A stretch of 54,268 nt of DNA, filler included, from Dirinaria sp. TL-2023a (GCA_051941275.1; 4 parts of 4 records of this genome joined end to end with filler, not necessarily neighbours in it); one strand, 5' to 3'. Shown: positions 13,772 to 25,800, counted from the first letter of the whole stretch. A program made the numbers and translations. Notes: generated by a model from the sequence alone, not told the origin.

Positions 13772-15502
13772 CTAACACCCATTGCCATCCGTGGTCAGAG
13801 TAATCGCATCAAGAGCATAATTACTCTGCGCGGTCAATTGCACGAATCGCGGACAAACCAACGTGAACATCAACACCTCACTCTGCGCGCTGGGCACATA
13901 CGGCACGCTCCTCTCCAAGTACCCTCCGGTCCTCACAGTCGGGCTGGTAAGCGTGTCCACAACTTGCCCACCGATCGTGACCGTCAACCTGCAGATCGCC
14001 TGCGGACTCGCGTACTCGACGTTGTAGTGATACGTGAGATCGTAGCTGGAGCCGGGGACCAGGTTCGCGAGGGTTTGGGCAGCAGAGGTGGTGGTCGTGC
14101 TGCGGCCGTACAGCACGCCGAAATGTGTCCCGTCGTAGGCTTGATAGACGTTGTTGGTGTTGGATTGCACGTTGCCGTTGCCGCTGAAGACCCAGGGAGG
14201 GGTGTACGTGCCGCTTCTGGCAATGTCGTCTTCGAAGGAGGGGTTGACGATCGCTTGGGTGGGCGAGGGCACGCATACGGGGCTTGAGGAGCTGGGTAAG
14301 GGACTGGTTGTAATGGCTGCTGGTAGACTTGTCGTGGCAGCTTCTGAGCTTTTGATTGTTGTGGGGGCTGCTGGCAACTTAGTCGTGGCAGCTGCTGAGC
14401 TTTTGATTGTTGTGGCGGCTGCTGGCAATTTTGTCGTGGCAGCTGCTGAGCTTTTGATTGTTGTGGCGGCTGCTGGCAACTTCGTCGTGGCAGCTTCTGG
14501 GCTTTTGATTGTTGTGGCGGCTGGCGAGCTGGCGGACTTTATCACTGAAGACGTTGGACTGGTTGGGACGGCAGCTGGACTCGAAGAAGTGCGAGTAGAG
14601 GCAGCGGCTGGTACGCTCGAAGAATGACCAACCGAGACTTGAACGGAAACGCTCGGAATAGCAAGACTGGCCGAGGTCGATGCTGGATTAGTCGTGCTCG
14701 TTGTAGCCGCAGCCTGGCTGGAAGCTGGCTGGGAGCTTTGCTGAGCCGGAGATGTTGCGCATGACCCTAGCGGTTCAGAAACAGTAAGAGTGACCGTAGC
14801 TGCTGCAAGAGATGGCTGAGTCACCGGCAGAGTCACCGGGATAGTCACTGTTTTGGGGCTTTCGGTGATCGTAAGCGCAACAGGCGTTTCTGTGACAGTG
14901 AGGGTCAGAGGAGCTGCTGTTATAGTCAAGGTATCTTTTGATTGGGTAACTGTCAACGTGTTTGCAGCTTGGGTCACAGTGATTGCCGACTGCGTAACAG
15001 TAATTGGGCTTTGGGTGATCATAACAGCAGGTTTGGTGATGGTAATAGCAGGCTCCGTGACCGTGATGGCCGGTTTTGTTATCGTGATTGGAGCTTTGGT
15101 GATTATGATAGCAGGCTTGGTGATGGTAATCGCAGGCTTCGTGACTGTGACGGCCGGTTTTGTTATTGTGATTGGAGCTTTGGTCATTGTGATAGCAGGT
15201 TTGGTAACGGTTCGCGTGATGGTGTGCGGAGGTGGAGGTGGAGGATGAGGGCAGAAAGCGTGGTTGCAATTGTGATGAAGATTTTGAGAAATGGCCTGAC
15301 AGAGATGGCAGCTCGAGTGGGCTTTGCACGCGTCTCTGAGGGGTGAGTTGTGACAGAAGCCTTGAGGTTGTCTTTCAAATGCATTGAGAGCATTTTGGCA
15401 TGTGGTGTGCGAGCATGGCTTCGCAGGACCGCCTGGAAAAGCCACTCCAAGAACTACATTTGCGGCAGAGAAAAATGCTAGAGCCTGGACAAGAAGATGC
15501 AT
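13772..15502 (-). CDS. Secreted Thr/Ser/Ala-rich repeat protein with N-terminal 8-Cys/His-rich domain and C-terminal CBM-like (galactose-binding fold) domain, 576 aa
   Basis: Intronless ORF; hydrophobic signal peptide MHLLVQALAFFSAANVVLG; Cys at 30,35,50,59,65,68,79,84; tandem repeats; C-terminal IVNPSFE...W...AYDG...QTLANLVPGSSYDLTY...LDAITL typical of CBM4/CenC-like modules. Confidence 0.82.
   Translation of the reverse strand: MHLLVQALAFFSAANVVLGVAFPGGPAKPCSHTTCQNALNAFERQPQGFCHNSPLRDACKAHSSCHLCQAISQNLHHNCNHAFCPHPPPPPPHTITRTVTKPAITMTKAPITITKPAVTVTKPAITITKPAIIITKAPITITKPAITVTEPAITITKPAVMITQSPITVTQSAITVTQAANTLTVTQSKDTLTITAAPLTLTVTETPVALTITESPKTVTIPVTLPVTQPSLAAATVTLTVSEPLGSCATSPAQQSSQPASSQAAATTSTTNPASTSASLAIPSVSVQVSVGHSSSVPAAASTRTSSSPAAVPTSPTSSVIKSASSPAATTIKSPEAATTKLPAAATTIKSSAAATTKLPAAATTIKSSAAATTKLPAAPTTIKSSEAATTSLPAAITTSPLPSSSSPVCVPSPTQAIVNPSFEDDIARSGTYTPPWVFSGNGNVQSNTNNVYQAYDGTHFGVLYGRSTTTTSAAQTLANLVPGSSYDLTYHYNVEYASPQAICRLTVTIGGQVVDTLTSPTVRTGGYLERSVPYVPSAQSEVLMFTLVCPRFVQLTAQSNYALDAITLTTDGNGC
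14305..14525 (-). repeat. Coding tandem repeat, 51-bp unit (AAATTIKSS-AAATTKLP), about 4 copies
   Basis: Near-identical DNA units gcttttgattgttgtggcggctgctggcaa... repeated at 51-bp spacing. Confidence 0.9.
14840..15205 (-). repeat. Coding tandem repeat: 11 x 21-bp (TKPAITI-type heptads) followed by 5 x 27-bp (TQAANTLTV-type nonads)
   Basis: Read directly from translation, residues 100-221 of the 576-aa ORF. Confidence 0.9.
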
Positions 15503-16736
15503 GATGCAATGCTTCTATCTGCGGACTGTATAAAAATTTGGACTGAGAAAGAGTCTGAATCCAATGTCGAAGTATCCAGAAATCAGGAAAACACGCGAGT
15601 GATTTTAATGAATGCAGTCAACGTCATAAAAGAGAGACAGGAATGGCCCCAGCTATCGGAAAAGAAAGCTTGATGTGCAAAGACACCGAGCAGAAACACA
15701 GGAATAAAAGAGCGAACTTGTGGAGTTGAAATAAGACATGTGAGAGAAGACCAAACTTTTGTAATTCTCCATTGCAGGACCTGTCCAATGACTCGCTTCC
15801 ATGATCCTCGTCGATGTCGTCAATTAGAGATCTGGGCGCTCATAATTTTAATCTCCCATAGCTGGGGCTCGTTAAGAATAATGTGGAGGATATTCTCTAG
15901 TTACCAGACCTGATTTCCAGATTTGGAGGTTGACGAGGCCAGATCTTGTTAGCGTTCTGGAAGCGATGCCATCTTGGGATTAGCCTCGAAATTAGCGACA
16001 CGCTAAGCCAATCTCAGTGGCTTGCAGATCAGGGGCAAATTGCTTTTCAATAATAACGTCGATCTTTTACCCCTTGCAAAATGCACGATTACCTTTAGGT
16101 ACAGGTAGGCTCTACCTGGTTTCAATGTTTTGATCTCGGTCGTTCCTGGCACAGTACGCGGACCCAAGCCGTCATCTGCAGATTGGATCTAAAGCGTATC
16201 CTGCATGTGACGGATGTTGCGTCAGAACCAAGCAACAAGCTGCAGAACCTCAAGTGACACTGCTTGATAGAAAAACAGTTTAGACTTTGGAGGCATGAAT
16301 CGAATGGTAGATATACTAGATTTGCAACATTGGCACTGGTTCATCATCCTCCTTTTGACGCTACTGATGCCAACTACGCGTAGCACGAGAGGTCGGAGAA
16401 AAATCCAGAGAGCAGATCTATCTACGAAGCTATCACTAAAACGCTCGCATATGTCTTCAAAAATGCCCAAGACTGTGAAGTTGGCAAGAAAGCCAGTCAT
16501 CAACCTCCAATCTCTTCTCTGCCTCAGACATGGCCTGGACAAACCCTCTCTCGAGATCAGAAAGTTCTAAATCAAACTGCGATCCATATCCTACGATTGT
16601 CGTCTAAAGCCAGACCATGTCGTCGTACACAATCTTACTTCAATTGAAAGCGGATCAAGTCAATGGCGAACAGCAATTTTCTCACTCCATCAACCTTTTC
16701 AAAAGGGAAAAAGGGGAAAAAACGGCCCTTTACGAT

Positions 16737-17178
16737 ATTTAGCGTGTGCATGTGTGTTGCGAAATCTTAGCACCTCGAAACTCTACCCTCCTCTACATGT
16801 CGCATGGATCACTAAGGTACTTACACTCGATGCTTCAGAATTAAAATTGCAAAAGTCATCTTTTTCTAGCATCTTTGAACGATTAACGATTTGTCGATTT
16901 GACCGTGGCACTTTCATGACGAATTGATCCATCGTCATTTCGTGAAAACGTGACTTTGCTGAAACCCTGTTCTTTCGCTAGCGCTAAAGAGGAGCGACTA
17001 CATTATTGAATTCTGAGACAGCAAAAGATCGAAGAGAGTTTATTTGATAGATGACAAAAATTCTTGACACTGAACGAGAGTGATGTGGCGGCAGTGGGAT
17101 CTCTTTGGAAAAAAAAAAATAAATCAAGTTAAAATTTCGAGATGCCAAGGTTTCGCAACACATATTCACACCCCAAAT
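16737..17178. mobile_element. MITE-like non-autonomous element, copy 1
   Basis: Imperfect terminal inverted repeats (atttagcgtgtgcatgtgtgttgcgaaatcttagcacctcgaa / ttcgagatgccaaggtttcgcaacacatattcacaccccaaat); colinear similarity with 31194-31667; no coding capacity. Confidence 0.75.
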
Positions 17179-17410
17179 TCACAAAGCTCTCGTGCCGCAC
17201 CGCAGGGTCAGAAACTGGTCCAAAGATACGGTAACACCACACTGGATGCTGGCGTAGAAAGTCGAAAATCTGAACAAGCTGCACAGCTAATTGTAAAGCT
17301 AAGTAGGGTGAGTGGGAAGATTTTCTTTGTAGAAGAACAAAGTAGTTACACAAAACTGAAGAGTAAGATCCTTCCTCCGAACGCTATCCAGAAACAGCCT
17401 CAAAGCCACT

Positions 17411-18811
17411 CTATTTTACTGCAAGAACCACGATAGAGTTGTACGTCGAGATATTATAGGTATGCACTTGTTCAAGTCGCAATCCTGCCTCTTCCACAAG
17501 ATCCTCCCACTGTCTGCGGGTTCGCTCTTTGCCGCCGAACGCGAATCCCATGCAGATATCAGCCATAGCAGCATGCCAGTGGACGTTCATCTCTGGGAGC
17601 ACGACCTCGTCGATTAATATTTTTGAATCGGCGTTCATGGCAGCTTTCAGGTGTTGGAGGATTTTTGCGGCTGACGCATCGGGCCAATCGTGCATGACTC
17701 GACGAAGGTAGTAAAAAGTTGCCCCTTTGAGAGCTGATCAACAACGGATATCTCAAGTAAATCAATGAGGCTCGACGATTCCGGCACGCACCTTCGACAA
17801 CCTGCTTCTCGAAGAAGTTTTGTGCGACGATCCGCACGCCGTCGATCGGTGGCAGTTTATCCACTGCTTGCGATAGATCTTGCAATATCAGGCGTCCTTT
17901 CAAGCTCGGATACTTGTCCAAAATCTGCTTGCATTGATGGCCGTGGCCACCTCCGACGTCGACCAAAAACGGTTTCTCCGACAGCCCTGGCTGAGACGCT
18001 GTTACTGCCTGGGCTGCTTGGTCAAGGAGGTCAAATCCAATGATCCAATCGTTGGATTGCAAACCACCCATGAGCAGCTGCAAAGCCCCGAACAGCTTCG
18101 GCTGCTGAGATAACCATTCAAAGGCGCTCTGTTCCGTGCGATGGCCCCGTTGGAAGGGTGTTTTTCGATTATCGGTTATATCCTGGTACTTGTTTTCTTC
18201 AAGGAAGGATGGAAGTGCTTGGGCCACAGGACCATAGGTGTCGAGACTGAAATATTTCAACCTATGGCAAAGATTGGATTAGAAGACCTTGCTTACGCAT
18301 GACACAACCCGGCAGATGCCAGTGGAGAGGCAAAAACATGGGTCATCTTGTTTGCTTGGAATCTGTCTGCTGCAACGTTGGCGAGGTAACCAACCGAAGC
18401 GAGATATCGGAGGAGCCTGTCTGTTCCATGCGATTCATCGACTTAGTATTGAAAAATCTCGAATGTGGGAACAAATACCCAGCAGCTGAGGCGATGCACG
18501 CGTCTTCTCCGCGAGCTGGATTGCGGTCATGCTGCCTGCATTCTCTTTGGCAAGTTCTTTGAACAATCCGAGTTCTACGCCAACATAAATGACAGCCGTT
18601 TGCATGTGCTGCGAGAGCAATTAGTGAGAGATTTTCGAGGTTAAGGAGAAAGCTTAATGCATACCGAATTAAAGATGTGGAAGAAGGAATCCATCGGCGT
18701 CTCAATGGCACGTTGAAGATCTCGGAGGTTCATGATGATCTTGCTTCGGCCGACATCGTCCGCATCCTTGGCTAACTCAAGGACTTGGGGACCGATAGCA
18801 TCCATGGTCAT
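17411..18811 (-). CDS. SAM-dependent O-methyltransferase (Methyltransf_2, fungal secondary-metabolism type), 5 exons
   Basis: Spliced product MTMDAIGPQV...DRLLRYLAS...LDTYGPVAQALP; SAM motif LVDVGGGHGH, LILQDL, NFFEKQ, YYLRRVMHDWPD, GKERT; four GT-AG introns keep frame. Confidence 0.92.
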
Positions 18812-19074
18812 TGACGAAGACTTGTGAAAAGAAGCTGTATAGTAAGCGCTTATGTCTGCTCTATTTTCGACAAAAATTAAAATTTGGGTTGAGGGCTTGA
18901 GAATTGGCTCGAAAATTTTTGTAAATCAACAGGTAAAGATCATGATAGATTTCACTGCTATAGATCTTATTGCGCATCTTTCGACATTTATATAAGTAAG
19001 ATTAGGTAGGATGCAAAAAGTTCTCCCGCCGTCAGCTGCTCAATTGGGCCGAAAGGGGCCGACGGCCATGGAAG

Positions 19075-19090
19075 TTCCGCGGCCGCGGAA
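19075..19090. promoter_or_regulatory. Perfect 16-bp palindrome TTCCGCGGCCGCGGAA, candidate Zn2Cys6 binding site in a divergent promoter
   Basis: CGG/CCG-triplet-rich palindrome between the O-methyltransferase and Zn2Cys6 start codons; function inferred. Confidence 0.4.
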
Positions 19091-19233
19091 AAGACGCGAG
19101 TTGATTGGCCAATTGGTAGAACCCGAACTGAGTGATATGAGCCCTAAAAAAACCCTCATGTCCAACCAACTCTCATCACGCTTGCACCAACATCGCAAAT
19201 GATTCCTCACTCACCTATTCTGCCTCTACCGTC

Positions 19234-21399
19234 ATGCCGCAAGGAATTCGCAAAGAGCGCTTGTCCCGGCATCGACCAGTATCCTGTAATCTGTGTCGCT
19301 CTCGTAAGCTTCGCTGCAGTCGGCAATTTCCGTGCTCAAACTGCACTGCTCGAGGCGTCGATTGCCAGCTGTATGCTTCCAAAGCACCAAACTTGCACAC
19401 TAAGAGTAGTAGAGACGAGAGTTTTAATAAAGCCGAGCATGATATTCTATCACGCTTACAGAGGCTGGAAGACATCATATTAAGCCCGCGTACCTCGGCT
19501 CCGCAGGATAGCACAGAGCTGGTCGAAGTTGCTCACGCCCTAACGAACTTGCGGCGAGAGGCTTCCAAGCAGCATACAGAGAATGATGCAGAGTGGCTGG
19601 AACGGGAGTGTCTAGATCACTCATGGCTGGTAAGCGGCGCAACTAGTCTGCCACCTAGTGAGGCTGACTGGCTTGAGCATTCGATCCATTCCGATCTGAT
19701 AAGCTTCGATACTTGCTCTGTAAGCCAAATTACCAACCCAGTATCGTTCTTCTATCAAAGTCCTGCCGACCCATGTGCACAAGGAGAACCAACCAAATGT
19801 ATCTGGATACCTTCGTTAGAAGAGTCCAAAATCCTAGTAGAGAAATACCTTTGTGACATTACTCACATTCATCACGTCATCCACTCGCCTACAGTTCGTA
19901 CAATGGTGAACGATATGTATACAAATCTCCAAAGCACGCCGAATACCATGGCTGCAAAGATGGCACTTCTTCTGAGCATCATTGCGAGCGCCACCTACTC
20001 ATGGACAAGTCGCGACAACGATACAATTTTTCCATCTCCAGAGGTACTCAATCGTCAATCTTTGCTCTGGATTAAGGCTACATTGGATGTCTTGGACTAC
20101 TCCCGTCGCTCGACTTCGGGGGCTATAGAGGAAATCCAAGCGATGATAATACTCTCTTTCCTCGTCAGCAGCCTAGAAGGGCTCTCAAGAAGATATCGAG
20201 ATCTTTTCTCCACGGCTGCCGCTTTAGCGCGGCAGCTCTCACTCCATCGCATCGACCATCCCAACCCTGCATTGAGGCCGTTTCAGGATCCTGACTCTCT
20301 CCAAGCCGAGGTTGGCAGAAGGGTCTGGTGGTACGTTGTAGCGACGGATTGGTACGTCCCTTAACCCTTCGAACGAATTGAATTAACGTCGCAAAGGATG
20401 GTCAGCAGGTACATTGGACCTCACGAAGGGATCTACACGGTCAACCCGAAACACATGGCGGTGAACAAGCCACGTAACGAAAATGACGAAGACCTTTTGG
20501 ACGGGTTGAAAGGTGATGATAAACCGCTTTCGCAGCCCACTTGCATGTCATACTTCCTTCAAAGGGTAAAGCTAGCAGAACGTAGCCGTGACTTCACGGA
20601 TCGCGACTCTTTGAGGGATGTAAGCCTATCAAGTGAATCGCAAAATAACACAATGGTCATCGACGCCGAAATCGAACAGTTCATCAGAGAGATCCCCACC
20701 TTCTTCTCCTTGGACCATAGCAGCGCGGCCGACAATGACGTACCAAAAGCGCAGCGAACGCCGGGAATCCTCATCCAGAGCTACATCCTAAACTCTCTCG
20801 TGCATGCACAGCGTTGCAAGCTCCATGTCAAATATCTGGCGCAGGCCAAGACAGATCCTGCCTGTGCCCGTTCGCGGGAGATCTGCCTTCACGCGGCGAG
20901 GACCGTCGTCCGGACAGAGCGGCTCCTGAGAAAGGAGAGCACGCCTTTCGTGATGGTACGATTCAAATATTCGGGCGTATTGTACTGTTTATTCATGGCC
21001 GCTGTTGTGCTTCTGCTGGACGTATGTCTGAACAAGGGCGTTGCGGACGAAGAGGCTCGGAAAGCGGAAGCGATGACCGCGTTTGGGATATTGGAGGAAG
21101 CGAGAGAGCAATCGAAAATGGCGACCAAGCTTTTGGAGTCCTTGATGAGTGTTGTGCGCAAGCACCATGTAACTCTGCCTGGCTTGCCCAAAGACGGACA
21201 GACTTTCACTGCTAGTAGCAGCGACTCTCCTATGATAGTTGAAGCTGGGGAGCCGACGTCGATCGAGGAAACCGGTATTCCTGACACTGAAAACTTGCCA
21301 GAGCTCGACTTGTCGTATTTTGATGAGATATGGCAGAGCCTTGGCACGGAGATGGATGTCGCAAATCTGTTTTCGGGGCTGAACTCACATTTTCCCTGA
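19234..21399 (+). CDS. Zn(II)2Cys6 transcription factor with fungal-specific TF (middle homology) domain; introns about 19630-19677 and 20352-20396
   Basis: CNLCRSRKLRCSRQFPCSNCTARGVDC; ARQLSLHRID and EVGRRVWWYVVATDW; acidic C-terminal tail. Confidence 0.95.
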
Positions 21400-21706
21400 T
21401 GCTCGATCACAAGAGTTCAGCGCAAGCTAGGTGGAGACATGCAGAATCAGATGCTCTGAAGTAAGGTAGAGCAGAAAGACTCGCCCCAAGTGGTTTCAAT
21501 CGAGCAACCTCTCACGCCAACTATCTAAAGATAGTGTTGTCAGAGGTTAATCTGGCCGACTCTGATTATCGTCACTCTGATAATTCGACACAAAAGCTAA
21601 CATGTCATTGACCAGCTAGACATGGTATACTAGAAAGACAGAGAACCAAATACGTTTTGCGACGACTGCATATGCTTATCGAGATGTTTATCTAGTTTGA
21701 CAGCAC

Positions 21707-22564
21707 TCACTCATCATTTTCGTCGTCATAGACGTCGAAGCACCACTCCTCCGCCTCTTCAATCACGTCAGGCAAAGGATCTGGATCAGCTACAACCTCA
21801 CTCTGATGGTTTTCGGTGTCAAGGCCAACATCAGGCTTTGTATCATCGCTGAAAGTTCGCTCTCCACGTATGCCGCCAGGTCTGACGTCGATCTTACCGG
21901 ACGTGCTCAGGAATCTTTTCGTGAGTACTCTATATTCAATGGCGAATATCCTGGTTCCTACAGCTGTCAACATCGTTTCGCGCCGATGCTCTGCCGAATT
22001 GGCCAGATTGAAGTCGACCACGTCGGGAACTGGTATTGGCAAGCCCGCAGCCAATGATGCCAGCTCTCCTGGAGAATTCAACCCGAGTTCATGGGATTTC
22101 TTTGTTCTCGACTTCTCGGCGTAGCCAATGTGGTCGGCAACTAGAACGCCTACGATCAAGTATACTGGATGTTTCAAGGTATGCCATTCCTTCAAATGGG
22201 CCTTAACCTCCTCCAAAGCTAGGATAGTCTGTCGATTTCGGTCTTCTTGTTGCAGCTTCAGCCGTCGAACTTTGGGTGAGTAGAACTCAGGAGTATCAAC
22301 TTGCGTGTGCGATACGCTAAATTTCAGAATTTCAGCTAGCGAGGCTCCTAAAGATCTGCCCTTCTGAGACTCTATAATTTGTTCTAGGCTGCAAAAGCCT
22401 CCGTCGTCCCGGATATTCTGCCTGATATGTGCGGGAACATTTACTGGCGTGAAGTTCCCGCCGGGATCCCCGTACGATTTCACAATGCGTCCAATCCACT
22501 CGTGAGGGTTCTCCACGGGCAGCGTGTTCAGAGGCGGAAGAAGATAGAAATTGTTGTCGGCCAT
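21707..22564 (-). CDS. Fungal gasdermin-like pore-forming protein (HET-Q1/RCD-1 family), 285 aa
   Basis: Size and motif order match my recollection of fungal gasdermins: N-terminal FYLLP...WIGRIVKSYGDP, alternating amphipathic strands, PVYLIVGVLVA, helix-GLP-strand hairpin, IFAIEYR, then an acidic C-terminal tail; adjacent protease gene. Not confirmed by HMM search. Confidence 0.82.
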   Translation of the reverse strand: MADNNFYLLPPLNTLPVENPHEWIGRIVKSYGDPGGNFTPVNVPAHIRQNIRDDGGFCSLEQIIESQKGRSLGASLAEILKFSVSHTQVDTPEFYSPKVRRLKLQQEDRNRQTILALEEVKAHLKEWHTLKHPVYLIVGVLVADHIGYAEKSRTKKSHELGLNSPGELASLAAGLPIPVPDVVDFNLANSAEHRRETMLTAVGTRIFAIEYRVLTKRFLSTSGKIDVRPGGIRGERTFSDDTKPDVGLDTENHQSEVVADPDPLPDVIEEAEEWCFDVYDDENDE

Positions 22565-22863
22565 GTGACGACTTGGTACTCTTGAAAGAGTTCTTTACTG
22601 AATGATTCTACTCACATCTTTGCGGAGCCTTGAACCCCTCACAGACGTAGGCTGCTAACCGCTTCTGGAAGGTGGAAAATAAGGTTCCAAATGTATGTCT
22701 CATTTGGTCTAGTCGAATCCGCCGACATTCCATTCCTTTTGTTCTGCAGTAGCCCAGCCTTGTTCTCAGCTTTACTCGCGGGCATCCATATTTCCAGAGC
22801 TTCTGTGGAACATGATACGTGGAAATCTGGTTCGCGCCTTGACTCTCAACCGGACCCTTCATC

Positions 22864-25800
22864 ATGGAGTCTAAGACACTGGTAATCTGTGCCCTGGAAG
22901 GGAAGACATCATTAGTTGGGCTGTTCAAATCGTCGTCGGGGGACCATCGGTTCAATATAGATGTACCTCAAGACTTGTATGATCAGCAAGGTCTTTTTGG
23001 GGAAGACTTGCGTTGGTACATCGAGGACTATGCCCGCAATGACCCTTTCTCTACGAAACGAGCATTATCGGTTGGATCAAAGCTTCGATCGCACGGTTCG
23101 TCACTGGTAGCTGCTCTCTGCCAATCCGAAGACTTAGTTGTGGGCATACTCGACATTGACTTGCTGATTGAGATTGATGGCCGTGGCGACTATTCACGCC
23201 AGCTTTCGTGGATACATTGGGAAATACTCGAAGATCCAAGCTTTTGGGCCCCAGAATTTCGCCCGCGTAGAATCTCAGTTCTCAGGAGGGTTCAGGCGGT
23301 AGAAAATGTGGATGAGAAGGGGCTACTATTGACTTTAGGTGATATGAGCCTCAATGCGACCCCTCGAGATATTCTGGCTATCACTGCACGACCCAGCCTA
23401 GGGTCTGATATACCCCACCGTATGATTACACGGTCTATCTTTGAGGCAGTACAAAAGTCCAATAATGAGACAGCCACGTTCAAGATCGTTCGACCAGGTA
23501 CTTTCCAAGCACTCCAGGAAGAGCTGTGTAAATGTGAGTTTGGCTACTACGGTCTGGTCCACCTTGATTTGCATGGTTTTGTTCAGGGGGGCAGGTATGC
23601 GATCTTGCATTTCGATGTATGCTATCGATCCAATTAACAGCGTGTCGTACAGAGCCTTTCTCAGATTTGTACACTCAAATGACGAAAACGGTGGCGCGGA
23701 AGACATCCCTGTCGACGAGATCGCGAAGCTACTTTCGAATCGAGGTGTCCATCTAGTGGTTATCAACGCCTGTGAATCTGCTTCAGAACAGGGCTCAAGT
23801 TCTAGTATTGTGAGATCTATTGTTGAGTCTGGTGTTTCCATGGCTGTGGGAATGAGGTACCAGATCTCAGAGTCAGCTGCAGAAATTTTCACGCAGACTT
23901 TCTACCGCAGCTTGTTGAGTCGCAACTTGAGCATCACTGAAGCTATGCACACTGCTCGTCTTTCAATGCGTATTTATCAGAAGAGGAAAACTAAGTTCAA
24001 TACTGAGGTTGACGTTTTGGATGTTATAACGCCGATCTTAGTCTCTCGAGTAAAACATGAAAATCAAAAAGTGTATGAAGAGGATCTAACTCCACCATTG
24101 CCCTTACAACAATCCGACTCTAATCTTTACGGTCGGGAGAAGGACATTCTCTTTCTGGAGAATGCATTGGTGAATTCCAATGTGCTGCTACTCAAAGGTC
24201 GGGCGGGAACTGGCAAAACGCACTTAATGCAACATCTAAGCCCCTGGTGGAAGAGCACAGGCTTCGTGAAAGATTCCGTGATCATTGACTGCTCAACAAT
24301 GGAAACCTTCAACGCTTTCAATCTTCAGCTTGCTATTGTTCGCGCTTTCGCGCCAACGTCCTCTAGCGAACCGACGGACGTGCTAGCGGTGTTAAATCAG
24401 CATCCCTACTTGATCGTACTCGACAATCTCGATATAGCGAAGCTTGAGGAGACAAAATCAAAACTGTACGACTCCCTGCGTCGATTCTTGCGCAAGATCA
24501 AAAGGACCTTCGTTGTCCTTCTTTCGCGCCAGGACGAGGAATGGGCCAAAGCGGCTGCCAGAGGGACCTATCAGCTTCAAAATCTCGACATGAATTCCAG
24601 CCTTCAGTTAGCGACCAACATCATTGCAGAAGGACCTCATAAAGCCAATCTAACCAATCGTATGGAATCCAGGTTCTTGGAACAATGTATCTCCTTAATT
24701 GACGGTAATCCTCTCGCAATAAAGCTCCTGCTGAGAGCCTATGACCCATCGCGGTGCAGTGTTCAGGAATTCTTTACACGTTTGACCGATGGAGAGCCTC
24801 TCGATGAGGTGCAACCTGGTCTGCTTGCTGCTGCTGATGAGAGAGGTTGGGTTGATGCGCAAAGACTGATCAAGTCATATACCTGGGGGGAAGACCCGGC
24901 GTCGTTCCGTGATGTGGATTTCAGACTTCTGAGGCCTTTCTGGCGCAGTTTTCCATTAGATCTGGGCCCGTATCGATGGAATTTCCTAAGGTGTAAAGAA
25001 CGAGTTTTGAGCAACAACTACGACGACCCGAGGGTATATCGTTCTCAGATAAAGTCGTCAATGGAATTCATGGATGCAAACGAATCGTCAATCTACCGAA
25101 GTCGAGGCAACATCGACGAGTCCAGCCTAGCACGCTTGGCATCGATGGATGAATCTATCCAGTTTTGTGAAGGGGCAGGCTTCATGACCAAAATCGTCGC
25201 AGAAGCGGATAGTGAGACGCACGTCAGACTGCACCCGCTGATGGCTCTCGCTCTGAAGCAACGAGAATTTATTCCTCCTAGTTGGCTTAGACATGTGGTC
25301 GAGGTTGCTTACCATCGATTTTACTCGTACAGATCCCGTCACTGGCCAAGCACCGGGATAGCTACATCTGCTTGGGACTTGCCCAGAGCCCAGCTCAACT
25401 TTGAATTTGCAAATTTTGTCACTTCTAACAACTACTCGCTACGTTTGACGCCGACTCTTCGAGCTGTGTCTTTGATGAAGCCTTCGATATCGATTGCACA
25501 GGCCTTATCAGGCGATGCTCGGCGCTTGGCAGTTATCTTTGCCTTTCTAGAAAGGTTTCTACAAACTTTCGGAGCGCCGCTTGCCGAACATGCGCCTTCA
25601 ACATACTCAAATGCGTGGGCCTCTGGCGTCGACCATGTAGGAAAAGTGGGCCAAGTGCCAAATGATCCCTTATCGGACGGTCGAGGCATGATCGAGATGT
25701 TCTGTATCTTGGCCATAACAATTGCAGCTAATTTAGCACACGTGCTTGGCTTGCAGAGAGATTACTCGCCTATGCTAGAAGGGCTCGCGACGCATATTGG

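Noticed and set aside
14151..15346. Repetitive antisense and alternate-frame ORFs over the secreted protein
   Set aside because: Shadows of the coding tandem repeats.
15250..15415. 8-Cys domain as CFEM or hydrophobin
   Set aside because: Cys spacing lacks the CxC of CFEM and the CC doublets of hydrophobins.
23441..23652. N-terminus of the 964-aa ORF as a separate gene start
   Set aside because: It is an out-of-frame overlap plus intron; the gene begins at 22864 and is joined by the 23595-23652 intron.
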